NCBI GenBank assembly: GCA_030167865.1
Contig: JALAGF010005804.1
Location: 1-52,135, forward strand
Origin: Craspedostauros australis
Lineage: Eukaryota
Length of the DNA stretch: 52,135 nucleotides
Direction of reading: 5' to 3'
Part shown: piece after piece, positions 32,771 to 46,112 of the stretch
How the letters are laid out: each line of letters opens with the position of its first letter
How positions within the stretch are numbered: the first letter of the stretch is position 1
Position numbers and translations under genes: made by a program
The notes under the pieces: model-generated
What the model was told of the DNA's origin: nothing
Database searches by the model: none
What the model saw: only the letters and a program-made list of their open reading frames with translations

Positions 32771-34384
32771 ATGGTTTGATCGTGCTCTGCTCTGGAGTAT
32801 TCCACGGCATTCCCTCTACCACCAAGTCGAGCCAAGCGGATTATGCATCGCTGCTTAATCATGAAGCAGTGATATTGATCCGATGAGAGATGCTTGCATT
32901 CCAATACAACCGCACCACACCAATACAGAGACTAAATTTAACCTTTTTCTTTTTCAATCAATCAAACAACTATCACAAGTGTCCGATACTGATACGACCA
33001 AATTCTCTTCTCTGCCTTCGGTACGCTGCAACACCTAGCAATCTCTATGGCACGTGTATCGACATGTCGCAATACATGAACCGACGCATGCTGAACTCTC
33101 ACAGAACTGACGCACACCGTAGCATCGTGCGGACCAACGATGTTATCTCGCGGCTCTACTGCGATTCGTCAAAACAGAGCACATGGCGCATGGACGGAGC
33201 AAGGCTATCTCATTCATGGATCTTGACCACTCCCCAACTTCTCCCTTTGTTGAAGAACAGAGTTGCACACTTTCAATCCAAATCAAACCGTCCATCTTGC
33301 GATTCGACTTGTGTCGCATGTCTGCATTGAATGTCGGCATAGCTTCGTTCGCGAGTTGTGTTGGAGTGCCCTGCCACACCATCGAATCGAGTACTTTCCT
33401 GAAAGGTTGACGGAATGCAAGTCGATGGATGCAGCAAGGCAGCACAATCGAAGGAAAATAAATTGATTGGCATCGGAATGATTTGGCAAGCAGACATCAT
33501 CTCAAAACGCCGTGTGTCTCCCGACGATGTTTTCCACGAGTGCAATCTCGAGCTGTCTGTGCAATTGAAGTCGGTAGCCTTGCTGGCATTAGAGCGGAGC
33601 CGAAAGTTGAGCAACTTCCTCGCCCGTCGATAGTTGGGGCCAACTATTGTGGAATAAGTTGCCATGCCAAGATCATGATATTCACGATGGATAGCAACAA
33701 AGAAATCGCTGTGTGGGTTCAGTCTACGCACACGATGACGACGTCAACATGGCAGTTATCGACAACGCAAAAGACGCTTTGAGGGTGCCGACCTCGCCAA
33801 CTCTTCATCACAGAACAACTACTATACCCCACTATGCATCGATCGTCTAGTCCGTGGTCTCATGCCATTCCTCTACTCGTACGTGTTGCTGCCATCGTCG
33901 CCCAACGAGGATTAATGCGGCGAAACCATTTTTTCGTCGATTGGATTTCGTGTGGATTGTCGTCTCTGCTTCAGACATCTGTTGTGGTCGCCTCGCGCTC
34001 AATGCGACAGAAGCCACATCGAACAACTTGGAAAGACCTCTTCGTGTGTCGAATGCCTCCAACGGTTGCGTTCGTAAACCAATTACTGTTCGTGGTTGGG
34101 GGAAACTTTGGATCCGACTTCGAGTCACACAAATTTGTTGCTGGTCACCACCAACAGGAACGCATGATACAAGGGTTCCGCCGTGTGCTGATGAGTGATC
34201 CTCGAGGGTGCCAACCATTGCATGTCGTCCAGTATCACACTCATCTGTGTCGGACAGTGTGAATGTTGCTGAGGCAGATCCAACAACAACAAAGATCACA
34301 AATGATCGCTTTCACCAAAAGGCGTCACAAGGGTCACAATTCCGAGAAACCGAAAAGACGAAGCAACTCACAATCATGCCAACC

Positions 34385-34902
34385 ATGAAGAAGGAACTCC
34401 TCGCCCTGGTCATCGGTCAGAGCCTCGTGGCCAACGGCGTCGATTCGATGAGTGATACGAACGGCGCTGTTCCAAGCATCGACAGCCGCGAGGAGAGGCG
34501 CATGGCGCGCAAACAGAGGATTGCCAACGCAAAAGCTGGGCTCCGAGACGGGCTGGTTGCATTCCCTTCCACCAGGTCCTTGGAAAAGACTGATGGTGCC
34601 ATGGCTATGCCGCGTGCACCCGCAACGTCGACAAGATCGAAGAGGATTCGTGCTTTGGAAGATTTGTGTGCGATCGCAACAAGGCGAAGATCGAGAAGAA
34701 GTCTTGTATCGGCGATGGCGCGTGCGAGAGATCCACCGGCGTCATCGGTAAGAAGGCCTGCATTGGAGAAGGGGCTTGCGTCTTCAACATGGCCCCGATT
34801 GGCGACGAAGCCTGCATCGGTGTCAGAGCATGCTTTGCTAACAACGTCACCGTGGCAGATGGGGAATGCATCGGCGATCGTGTCTGCGCTGTGCAAATCT
34901 AG
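34385..34902 (+). pseudogene. Secreted Cys-rich 18-aa repeat protein with a one-base frameshift near 34596
   Basis: A signal-like start (MKKELLALVIGQSLVANG) and a pro-region ending RSLEKTDG lie in one frame. Six CxGxxxC 18-aa repeats begin immediately afterwards in another frame and end at TAG 34902. Confidence 0.6.
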
Positions 34903-36316
34903 AGTCGACGTGCTGCTACGGCTATTCATATCAGTATGTTTATGAATACATGAATGCATGGCGAGTGAGCAAGTACAATAGATTTGAAGGTAAGCACTCA
35001 CCATGTTAGTTCTGGCAACATGCGAGACAGAAAAATATCTCGTTGCATGGTTGTTCAGCACATCCTCTGCTTGTTGGATCACTCTGTGCCGTATGGAATG
35101 GTTCGGAGTAGAGGGTCATTCGTACTGTCGACGTCTACAACTTTGAGCTCAGACGTACCACAGAGCGCAACTCCCTCTCCAGAGTGTCGAATAGATTCGA
35201 ATGGTGGGATAAGTAAGAAACATTGTCGCCGTCATCTCCGTGTCTGCGAAGATTCAATCCATTCCGCAATTCATCCTTTCGGATGGAGATCATTCCTCAA
35301 GACTCATCTTCATCTCTGGATTGATCAAATCAGTTCGGTTGCCAACTCATCCATCGATGCACCTGATAGAAAAGTTGCGTCATGGTTGTGCAGGTGTACT
35401 CGTCCTCAGCTCGTGTGTCTTGGGATGGTGCGCTGCGGACAGCAAGCCCTCTTGTTCATCCTGGCCACTTCATACTTTCTCGAAAGGAATCCACGATTTC
35501 GCATCTGCATCATGGCAGATTGTGAGGAAACGTCTTCTCTGATTGTGTCCACCCTGATGTGGTCATGTCTTCGTTGGTCTCATTGTTGACGCGTTACGCT
35601 GCGTTGTGTTGCATTGCCCTGCCAAGTCAAGCGTTGAGAGAAACAACGTTGGTGGCTTCTTGTGTGTGTGTGTGTGTTGGTTTGATGTGTTGGTGGATTC
35701 GGTGGTTGCGTGTTGGCTGACGTCACGTTGATGGGTGTGTTTTCTGTTGTCAGTATTTCCCACCTGTTTGTGGATCTCTGTTGTTGCGAACATGAATGAG
35801 CGCGGCGAACCCTGTGTTGTTCCTGTCCATAAATCTGATAAGTGCACTTCTGAGCTGTACCGACCAATCACAAACCAGAAGAGAGGAAACGTCGACGCAA
35901 ACTTCTCCAATCAAACTCCGCACATCACCAATGACCCACGTCATCGTCCCATCCACCCAATTCCTCTGCTGACTCCATCACACACATCACCTCACTTTCC
36001 CATGTCAGAAGATTCCAAACGAAACGAATGGAGACGATTGCGAAACGGAAATGGTCCACGTGATGATTCGCAGTCATTCGATCTCTCCATCTCTGATGTG
36101 TGGTGTTGTTGTGCGTTGATGCGTGTTGTTGATGGTGTGAACATGTACCAACTCTGTGCAACCTCACCACATCAAACAGGAAACACACGACAACACCACA
36201 CGCCAAACCAAACATCCACCTCTCACCTCCATCCTCTCATAAAATCAACAACTTGACCAACACTCGATCAATCCAACCCACAACCCACAAACCACAAACC
36301 ACACCCAACAACAACC

Positions 36317-36946
36317 ATGAAGTTCACCGCCACCCTCATCGCTGCCCTCGCCGGTTCCGCCGCCGCCTTCGCTCCAATCCAGCAGTCCACCTCCGGATCT
36401 GCCCTCAAGGCCACCGCAGAGCTCCCAGGCGCCATCGCCCCAGTTGGATTCTTCGATCCACTTGGATTCGCTGAGAAGGCCGATGCCAACACCCTCAAGC
36501 GTTACCGCGAGGCCGAGCTCACCCATGGACGCGTCTCCATGCTCGCCGTCCTCGGATTCCTCGTCGGAGAGAAGGTTGAGGGATCTTCCTTCCTCTTCGA
36601 TTCCCAGATCAGTGGACCAGGCATCACCCACCTCTCCCAGGTNCCAGCCCTCTTCTGGGTCCTCCTCACTGTNGGAATCGGCGCNGCCGAGACCCGCCGT
36701 GCCGAGATGGGCTTCGTTGAGCCACAGGCCGTCCCAGTCGACCAGGCTGGACTCATGCGTGAGAACTACACCCCAGGTGACATCGGTTTCGATCCACTTG
36801 GCCTCAAGCCAGAGGACCCAGAGGAGCTTGCCATCATGCAGACCAAGGAGCTCCAGAATGGACGTCTTGCTATGCTCGCCGCCGCCGGTTTCATCGCCCA
36901 GGAGCTTGTCGATGGAAAGGGAATCATTGAGCACTTCACTGCTTAA
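36317..36946 (+). CDS. LHCX: LHCX1-like protein, copy B (209 aa, intronless)
   Basis: Complete ORF that is essentially identical in protein to copy A and has all LHCX motifs. Confidence 0.95.
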   Translation: MKFTATLIAALAGSAAAFAPIQQSTSGSALKATAELPGAIAPVGFFDPLGFAEKADANTLKRYREAELTHGRVSMLAVLGFLVGEKVEGSSFLFDSQISGPGITHLSQXPALFWVLLTXGIGXAETRRAEMGFVEPQAVPVDQAGLMRENYTPGDIGFDPLGLKPEDPEELAIMQTKELQNGRLAMLAAAGFIAQELVDGKGIIEHFTA

Positions 36947-38565
36947 ATGGTTTGATCGTACTCTGCTCTGGAGTATTCCACGACATTCCCTTTACCACCA
37001 AGCCAAGCGGATTATGCATCGCTGCTTAATCATGAAGCAGTGATATTGATCCGATGAGAGATGCTTGCATTCCAATACACCCGCAACCACCAATACAGAG
37101 ACTAAATTTAACCTTTTTCTTTTTCAAACACAACACACTCATGCAGCCCTATTTCGTTCACCGACAGTCTCTCTCTCTCTCTGGAGATTGACGAGCACTC
37201 GCAATAGCTGCTGCCACTCTGGTCCATCATCTGTTGGCACACCCGTAGTCCTTGCATGCGACTGCTTACATTCGTGCCCCCAGTGACATAACGCAGATGT
37301 GAGTACCAAGGAACTTACACGCCAAAACAGACAAAGATCTGGTTGTCCAGAGGAAGACGAGGACACACTATCGGTAGATGAAGAAGCAAATAGAAACAGC
37401 GGCAATTGTTCTATTTATTGTATAACTTTCCACCCGTCAATGTATTGAGATATCTCTGATATGGTATTCTTCTAGATACCAATACTCGTGGTCGCGGTTC
37501 GTCCAGATGTCACGAACGCAAGCTAGATGCTTCTGCACAGGATTTCCCAGCGAGCCTATGAGGTGTGGTACGGGCGACCTGCATTCATGATACAGTAGAG
37601 CAGAGCGCTCTACTGCAGAGTATAGTACTCTATTCCAGAGTCGATGGCTACTCCTCCACTCCACTGTTCGCACTTCCGAAGCTCCCAGAGGCATGGGAGC
37701 GTGTTGGATCGTGAAGGAGCACGCGTACAAAGAGTCCACATCACGAAAGTGCGGATGTCTGGGGTGTGTGTGGGCAGCAAGGAGATGGTACAAAACCACA
37801 TGTGTGAACTGTTGACTCGTGGCAGCATCACAAAGTCCCCATCCTCCGCGCACAGGGACGGAGGATTCAGATTCAAGCAGAGTGGTGTTCCGAGGCCACG
37901 AACAATGTACCGAGCGGACTCTACTATACTCCATGCACGGGCTAGAGTTGGCGACATCTCGCGCTGAACCATCGTGTTGGCCACCCGAGTGCCATGTGAT
38001 ACTGCAACGTGCCTCCTTGAATGAATCTCCATGTTGCGGGAGCGGTGGCGTTTAGGCTGCGTCGCGACAGTTGTCCAATCATGTGAGGCAACATGCTCTG
38101 CTCGAACTCTACACGCACCGACATGCGATCGTACCAACACCATTTGGATGCGCAAAGGAATGCAGATGTCACAGGAACGACAAATCGTGGGTATCTTAGC
38201 GACGGACGGACAGACAGACGAGTGTGTGGGCAGGAGCATGGCCGAAATCGCGGTGATGGACCAAAGAAACAACAAGCCGATGAACAACAGGCGCCGGTTG
38301 TTGTCCACATTCCCATCCGCCTCTGGTCCAGAACTGTTTCTTCGTCACGTCTCACCACAACAACCGAACGTAACAGAGCACTCTGCGCTCCACAAAAGAG
38401 CAGCGTTGAATGAAGTTGAGGAAGCAAAAGTTGGTATTGCGCTGCCCGCAAGGAGCATGCTCGTACCCCATGATCATTCGAGAAGCAATCACAAAGGGGA
38501 ATGCCATATACTAGCACACGATACCATGCCACACAACACCCTTCCCAACACAACTCATCAACAAC

Positions 38566-41007
38566 ATGGGAGAGGAAGGATCCAACCACAGCTCCCGCGG
38601 CACCGAAGCGGCTGCCACTTGCAGGCCCATGTCATGGGCGTGGACCGTGGCTATTGCCACCCTGCTGCTGATCAGCAGTGCCGTGAACGCTGCTAAAAGC
38701 ACCAAGCGACACCAGAGGCCCCTGCACATCCAACGGGCTGCATTGGCAAGACAAGTGGATGTCGAATCAGGCCCGCAGGCGTTGCTCAATGGAGCAGGTA
38801 TTACGTCCACAAGGCGCTTGGATGCCCATCAATACTCGATGGATGATCTGGAGGTACCTGTTCCAATCAACTCCGACCGCGTGATCGTCCATTGTGTCTA
38901 CGGCGAGGAGGAGGAATGCTTGGAGCAACTGAAGGAGTTCGTTCAACAAGAACAAGAAGGCGACTCGATTGAGATCCTCCACGAATTGCTCGGCACCAGC
39001 TTCGTGGCTGTCAAGATTCCGATCGCCAAACAGGAAAGATTGAAGCAGCTCCCGGCCGTGTTCGATATTGAGGAGGATGTTCCGCGCATTCTCGTCCCGA
39101 CTGTGGAGACTGACGACATTCCCGTCGAAGCCGCGAGCGATCAATCGGCATTCTTCCAGATTATCCCATACGGCATTGATATGGTGCGGGCGCGTGAGGT
39201 TTGGTCCAAATACCAAACGAAGGGAGCCGGAGTGAGGGTCTGTGTCATCGACAGCGGGTTGGTGCCCCATCAAGACATCAACGCCGCCAATGTGCTTGGT
39301 GGAATCGACTTCACCGACGAGGACGACTTCGTAAGTCACGCTATCGTTGCTTCCTTGCCTTTACTTCGTGCTGCCTTGCTTTTTCAGTGTTTCCCTTTGC
39401 CTTCGCCTTTTGCCTTCGCTTTGGCCATCGATTCGGAGGACGGACATGTTGATCTGGAAGGATCTACTATGCTATGCTCTACTATTCTATGCTATACTCC
39501 ATCGAAATTTGTGAGCATCAGTCCCAGCCGCAACATCAACCGCAAGCCACGCTAACATCCGTGCCCGCCTCATTCTTGCTCTGCGCCGTGTGATTGCCTA
39601 GCGAAACCACCATCGCAGACGTCCGATGGTAGTGGACATGGGACACACGTCACGGGAACTATCGCAGCAGCAGACAACAACATCAACGTGGTCGGTGTCG
39701 CCCCGGATGTCACCTTGATCATTCTGCGCAGTCTTGATGATCAAGGGAGAGGCTTTGCAACCGACACCATGGATGCTGTCCTGGCTTGCGCAAGTAACGG
39801 TGGCGAAGTCATCAATCTTAGCTTGGGCGGAAACGTATCGACGGTTGCAGAAGCCGAGACGTACCAGCAAGTCACCAGTGACGGCATTGTCGTGGTTGCC
39901 GCTGCCGGGAATTCGGGGCTGATTGAGTTTCTCTACCCTGCCTCCTACCCATCCGTCATCAGCGTCGCAAACGTGGACTCCTTCGGGAACATTGCATCCT
40001 CGTCAACAAGAAACATCAGGATGGATGTATCAGCCCCTGGCGAATACGTGATAAGTCTCAGCACCAGCGGGTACTCCACCGCGATAGGGTCAGGAACTTC
40101 AATGGCAGCACCGCATGTTAGCGGTCTCGCCGCGCTGTTGAAGAGCATTGACCCTAGCGCCACCCCCTTTGACATCCGCAGAGCTCTCTCGTTGACGGCA
40201 GTCGACAGGTTCGTCGAGGGTCTGGACGGCGTGTACGGATACGGCATTGTGGACGGCGTGCAGGCTGCTGACTTCTTGACCGGCACGTACAATCAGAACG
40301 GCAACTGCGCGCCCGACGAGCAGCTCATCACCGTGCGACTCACAACGGATGACTACCCGCTGGAGACCAGCTGGGAGGTTTGGCAAGACGATGTGGCCTT
40401 GCTGCGTTACATGGGTTTCGACCCCAATTCCGAAGTGACGATCAATGAGTGCATTCCGACAACCGGTTGCCTCGTGTTCATCCTTCGGGATACTTACGGC
40501 GACGGGATCTGCTGTGAAGATGGTGCCAGCAGCGTGGAGGTGGAGCTGGATGGACAGCTGCTGTTCGTCGACAACTTCGAAGACGGTGAATTCACAGGCA
40601 CTCTCTTCGGTTCAGGCTGCCCCAAAACCAACCCACCAATACCGCAACCAACACCGCGGCCAGCGCCACGGCCAACATCAAGACCAACATCAAGGCCAAC
40701 CTTGAATCCAACCAGCGCACCTACAGCATCTCCCATGGCACCCCCAACCTTGAATCCTACCAGTACACCCACGGCATCTCCCATGGCACCCCCAACCTTG
40801 AATCCCTCGGCGAGCCCAACTCTGTCACCAGTGAGCAGTCTCACCTCGAGCCCAACGGCAGACGAGAACTCTAGGCTGACATCCCCGCCAATGACCGCCC
40901 CAACCGCACCCTCGGGATCAACAGCAGCGACACGCAGCAAGCTGACAGAAAACAAGCCATTGCTACTTTTGTCCAGTGCAATTTTCATATTCTATGTCTA
41001 TTGGTGA
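38566..41007 (+). CDS. Subtilisin-like serine protease (S8), copy 1, 2 exons, probably GPI-anchored
   Basis: Exons 38566-39330 and 39619-41007 are joined by a GTAAGT...GCAG phase 0 intron. It has a signal peptide, a prodomain and the triad motifs VCVIDSG, GHGTHV and GTSMAAPHV, plus the oxyanion motif AAAGN. After these come a TTDDYPLETSW...GDGICC domain, a PT linker and a hydrophobic C-terminus. The ATG at 38629 is an alternative start. Confidence 0.9.
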
Positions 41008-43462
41008 GTCCATGGTTACAAAGAACAAATGTGAAATGTACCACCTATGACGCCGCTGCATCCACAGACAAGACCCGTTTTTCCCTCACCAACCTTGCCG
41101 GCGAGAGCAATTGGCATCAAGTCGAAACAACACCAAATCGTTTCTACCGCCAGGCCTCCATCCTCAAGGCAGAGGAGTGCTACACGTTCGTCGCTCAAGA
41201 CGATGATGGGGATGGGACCGAGTTCCTCCAGGCGCTACATGACAGTAAGATCATCATCGACATCGAGTACGGTAACTTCGGCAGCATCATCCAGCGCAAG
41301 TAACCAAGTGCACATCCGTGGATGCACATCAGTGGATGACTTACTGATAGCTTGTGTAATATAATAAAATATATAATAATAGTTTGCAACATGTTTGTTG
41401 CTTGTTCGACCAGGTGGTGTTCTTTGCTCTCCACATGCACACAAATGAATGTGGATTGTGGCTCATCCTTTCATCGCGCTGGTACGCTCAGAATTGCAAA
41501 TGTGTGGATCAATGACAGAAGTATGTATATATGCTCTCGAGGTGGTACGATGACATGCATCGAACTTCAGCCTACTCTGTCGATTGTGTGGCTGCGTCAT
41601 CTCCTGTATGTAGGTACTCTCCAATTCTACTCTGCTATGCATGTTATTGTACATGCACAGTGGACAACTCTTGTAATCTGATAACGAGTGATTTATGATT
41701 AATTGCTTGAGGTGCGGGATGTACAGTCGATTTCAGTGCAGTGTATCACGGTATTGCGCGAGTGATTGCGAGTGACGAGGAGGGAGACGATGTCGAGACA
41801 CAACGGATGCGTTGGGCGAGGATCGAATTGCGTCGGATGTTGTAACGTCTCGTGATCGAATTAGTTGGAGAGCCGACGTCTTTGTTCGAGCGTTGTCGAC
41901 TCTGACCATTGACACATAGAGCATGGTCCCACAAAGGACCATGTGTTGGATTTACAAAGTACCTTCTTGGTGCACAGGTTGCTGATGGAAGGTCTTGGTT
42001 GGGTTCATTTTGGCGCGAACTGGCCGATTGTTGTTTTGTGTTTGCTCAACTGACGTTCGGGTTCGAGTCCGGCGACTTCAGTCACGGTTGTGTCCGCTCA
42101 CAACATGGATCGATGATTGTCACAAAACCGATTCCGACAACAACCAGCCACATCATCATGTCTTCCCAGGTTGATCGGTTCATGTGCAGACGTATCCCAT
42201 GAATTGGTATCCTTGAATCCGGCATCAGCACCAGACATCACAACATCATGCAATATCTGACGAGAACAAGGCCAGGAGGCACACAGGTGGACGGAGGCAT
42301 TCGTGACCATCCAATCCGCCCATTCCATCGAAGATTGTTGGGATGGGAGAGAGAGAGAGAGAGCTCCTGTGATGGGAAGATGACAGGCTCTTGTATCAGA
42401 GTACACACTGGTTTGACTATGTCACCCACGATGACCGTAGCAGCTAGTCGGAGTTGGTGGCGAGGGTTGGCACAGAGCACATGCATACGATATACCAATG
42501 GCGACCATACACACTGCACGATACAGCATCGTGAGTACAAAGTGCGAGGAAGAGTCACGCACCTGCAAGTTCATTCGGCAATAGACGAAGCCGCAAAGGC
42601 ACAAAGAGTGAAGAGTTGAGATTTCGTGCTCTCTCGTAGTCCGCAAGATCGCGAGAGGATGGAGACAACGCTTGCGTGCGAAAGATTCACATGGTGGACG
42701 TGCAGGTGTGTGGAGTGCGTCTCCAGCAAGGAGACATGATCGCATCGAGACCGGAACTGGTGTTTGGTGAGAACGTCACGGAACCTGTGCAGGGGTGCGA
42801 CCTTGCGAGAGTGTCAGGGCGAGGACAGAAACTGACAGGAACGAGGCAATACCCCAGAGTTGAATCTGATTCTGGGCACTTCAACGAAGATCTATGTCAT
42901 CGATGTGGTGTCGCATGAGGCATGCATAGTTCGCATATTTTGTGGAAAGAGTGCGATCATGGTATCGATGCGCAAGATTTGGCAGAAACCGTGTCACATG
43001 GACAGCTTCCCCAAACTCCAAGGCGACCGCCTCTCACCATTCTGGCCAGAACCATCCATAATCGCACTCAGACTTGTCATGAATGATGCAGACGTCGCAG
43101 CTCCACCGGAGGTGTCGTGGTGATCTCGTGCCAACTGCCGCAGTGCTGACGGCAGCGAGAGAGATTCTTTGCATCAACCAATGTACTATACGCACGTACA
43201 TTCTTGGGAGTCCGTGGTCACTCTTACTCTGCCTACCAAACATGCCTGGCAATCTTTCGGTGCAAGCACGAGGTAGCCCCATTCATCGAACCGGGCAGGG
43301 AGTGAGAGCATTGTGTTCATCCTCTCCGGGAACCGTGCAGAAGAGGTACTTTGCCCAAAATCGTGACTGTGAACCTCATAAACCAGATTCATCGACAGGT
43401 GAGAAGCAAGCGGAACAGAAGGAACAAGAAGAAGGATCGCGAGGTGCCGTGTGCCCATTGCA

Positions 43463-43488
43463 GCTGTTGTTGTTGTTGTTGCTGCTGC

Positions 43489-43520
<32 letters not shown>

Positions 43521-43532
43521 CTGTTGATGTTG
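43463..43532. repeat. Compound (CTG/TTG)n trinucleotide microsatellite
   Basis: More than 20 consecutive YTG triplets upstream of subtilisin copy 2. Confidence 0.9.
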
Positions 43533-43806
43533 TTCACATGGCTAAACACTATCCGTTGTTTGGTTCTGATTTACCATCAACCCAGAACCGTTCATCTTTC
43601 CATTTCCTCACGATACCACAACGGAACAGAGCAGAGCAAAGTTGGGGACTCGATTACACTGAGGAACCGGCCGGGCAAGTACTCATGCGGCCACACACAA
43701 CAAGGAATATCAGCCCCCGCAGACGCTAAGAACTGTACCCTCCCATCATTGAAGAGTAACAGCGCTGCAGCAAACATCACCTCTCATCGACTCAGCGCCC
43801 ACTAAC

Positions 43807-46112
43807 ATGCAAGAAGGATCCAACAACAGCGGCCCCCGCGGCACCGAAGCGACTGCCGTTGGTGCTACCGCTCGGAAGCCCATGCGATGGCCGTGGACCG
43901 TGGCCATTGCCACCCTGCTGCTGCTCAGCAGCGGCGTTGCGCACGCTGATCAAAGCACCAAGCGACAGCAGAAGCCCCTGCACATCCAGCGGGCCGCCTT
44001 GGCAAGGCAAATGGAAGCTGGGCCAGGTCCACAGGCGTTGCTCAATGAAGCAGGTACTGCGTCCACGCTGTCCTACAGCAGCTACCATTCCTCCGCGGAG
44101 GAGCTGGAGGGACCTGTTCCAATCAACTCCGACCGCGTGATCGTCCATTGTGTCTACGGCGAGGAGGAGGAATGCTTGGAGCAACTGAAGGAGTTCGTCC
44201 ATGAAGAGGACGACGACTCGATTGAGATCGTCCACGAATTGCTCGGCACCAGCTTCGTGGCTGTCAAGATTCCAATCTCCAAACAAGAGAGCTTGAAGCA
44301 GCTCCCGGCTGTGTTCGATATTGAGGAGGACTTTCCCCGCGCCCTCATGAAGGATGTGGTACATGATGATGTTCCTGTCGAAGCCGAGAGCGATCAATCT
44401 GCATTCTTCCAGACTGTCCCATACGGCATCGATATGGTGCGGGCACGTGAGGTTTGGTCCAGGTATCGAACGAAGGGAGCTGGAGTGACAGTCTGCGTCG
44501 TCGACAGCGGGTTGGCGTTCCATCAAGACATCAACGCCGACAATGTGATTGGTGGGATAGACTTCACCGACGAGAACAATTTCGTAAGTCACACTGCCAT
44601 TGCTTATCATAGTTTTGCAATCTGTGTTGCCTTCGCTTTGGCCATCGATTCGAAGGACAGCAATGTTGATATGGAAGCATCAACTATACGATTTCTCCGT
44701 ACGAGATTGTGAGCATCAGTTGCAGTCGCAATATCAAACGCAAGCCTCACTCACATTCCCACTTCATGCTTTTCCATCTGGTGATTGTGGCACCGCGTAA
44801 TCAATCATCTGCTTGTGCATGTAAATACCTATCGAAATTATCATCGTAGATGTCCGATGGTAGTGGACACGGGACGCACGTCACTGGGATTATTGCAGCA
44901 GCAGACAACGGCATCGGTGTGGTCGGTGTGGCCCCGGATGTCACCTTACTTATCGTGCGCATGTTCGACGATTTCGCATCTGGCTTGTTATCGGATGCTC
45001 TTCGGTCCACTGTGCTCTGCGCAGAAAATAATGCAGATGTCATCAATCTTAGCTTGGGCGGAGACGAATCATCCGTTGCAGAAGCCGAGGTATACCGGCA
45101 AATCTCGGCTGCAGGCTCCGTCGTGGTCGCCGCTGCCGGGAATTCGGGGAAGGTCGAGTTTCTCTACCCTGCCTCCTACCCATCCATCATCAGCGTCGCA
45201 AGCGTGGGCGCCTCGGGATATGTTGCATCAACATCAACAGGCAACGACATGGTGGATGTGTCAGCCCCCGGTGAATTTATTACGAGTCTGAGTAATGACG
45301 GGTATTTCACCACGGTAAAGTCGGGAACTTCAATGGCGGCACCGCATGTCAGCGGCGTTGTTGCGCTGTTGAAGAGCATCGACCCCAGCGCCACCCCCTT
45401 TGATATCCGCAGAGCTCTCTCGTTGACGGCAGTCGACAGGAACCTCAAGGGCTACGACACTGCCCACGGATACGGCATCGTGGATGCCAAGGAAGCTGCT
45501 GACTTCTTGACCGGCACGTACAATCAGAACGGCAACTGCGCGCCCGACGAGCAGCTCATCACCGTGCGACTCACAACGGATAGCTACCCGCTGGAGACCA
45601 GCTGGGAGATTTGGCAAGACGGTGTGGCCTTGCTGCGCTACATGAACTTCGGTCCGAACTCCGAATCGACGTTCAATGAGTGTATCCCGACCACCGGGTG
45701 TTTTACGTTCCAAATTTGGGACACTGCAGGCGACGGGATCTGCTGTGAAGATGGTGCCGGCGGAGTGGAGATAGACCTCGATGGAGAGCTGTTAGCCTCC
45801 GGCGATTTCGAAGACGGTGAAATCGCAGGCGTTTCTTTCGGTCCAGGCTGCCCCCAAACCAACCCACCAAGACCGCAACCAACATCGCGGCCAGCACCAC
45901 AGCCAACACTCACGGCACTCCCAACTGTGGACCTTCCCGCAAACCCCACCTCAAGCATCACGACAGACAAGGACTCTGGGCTGACATCCCCGCCAATGGC
46001 CGCCCCAACCGCACCCTCGGGATCAACAGCAGCGACACGCAGCAAGCTGACAGAAAACAAGCCATTGCTACTTTTGTCCAGTGCAATTTTCATATTCTAT
46101 GTCTATTGGTGA
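43807..46112 (+). CDS. Subtilisin-like serine protease (S8), copy 2, 2 exons, probably GPI-anchored
   Basis: Exons 43807-44583 and 44850-46112 are joined by a GTAAGT...GTAG phase 0 intron at the same position as in copy 1. Motifs VCVVDSG, GHGTHV and GTSMAAPHV are intact, and the C-terminal tail is identical to copy 1. Confidence 0.9.

Larger units (their letters stand above)
31360..37127 (+). repeat. Direct segmental duplication of LHCX with promoter and 3' flank (about 31360-32957 vs about 35687-37127)
   Basis: Shared blocks run from TGACGTCA..TGTCAGTATTTCCCACCTGTTTGTGGATCTCTG through ACTAAATTTAACCTTTTTCTTTTTCAA. Confidence 0.9.

Noticed and set aside
34591..34593. In-frame TGA ahead of the Cys repeats as selenocysteine or readthrough
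   Set aside because: That frame has no start or signal peptide upstream; a single-base indel explains the structure more simply.
325..36946. DUF1517/FLAP1-like gene and LHCX genes as a photoprotection gene cluster
   Set aside because: They are about 29 kb apart with unrelated genes between them; there is no evidence of linkage beyond chance.
37610..38308. 232-aa minus-strand ORF with a signal-peptide-like start
   Set aside because: It has no in-frame ATG at the start, no recognisable domain and no host-like codon bias; it cannot be supported.
43083..43805. ORF with a poly-Leu 'transmembrane' stretch
   Set aside because: The poly-Leu is simply the translation of the CTG/TTG microsatellite.
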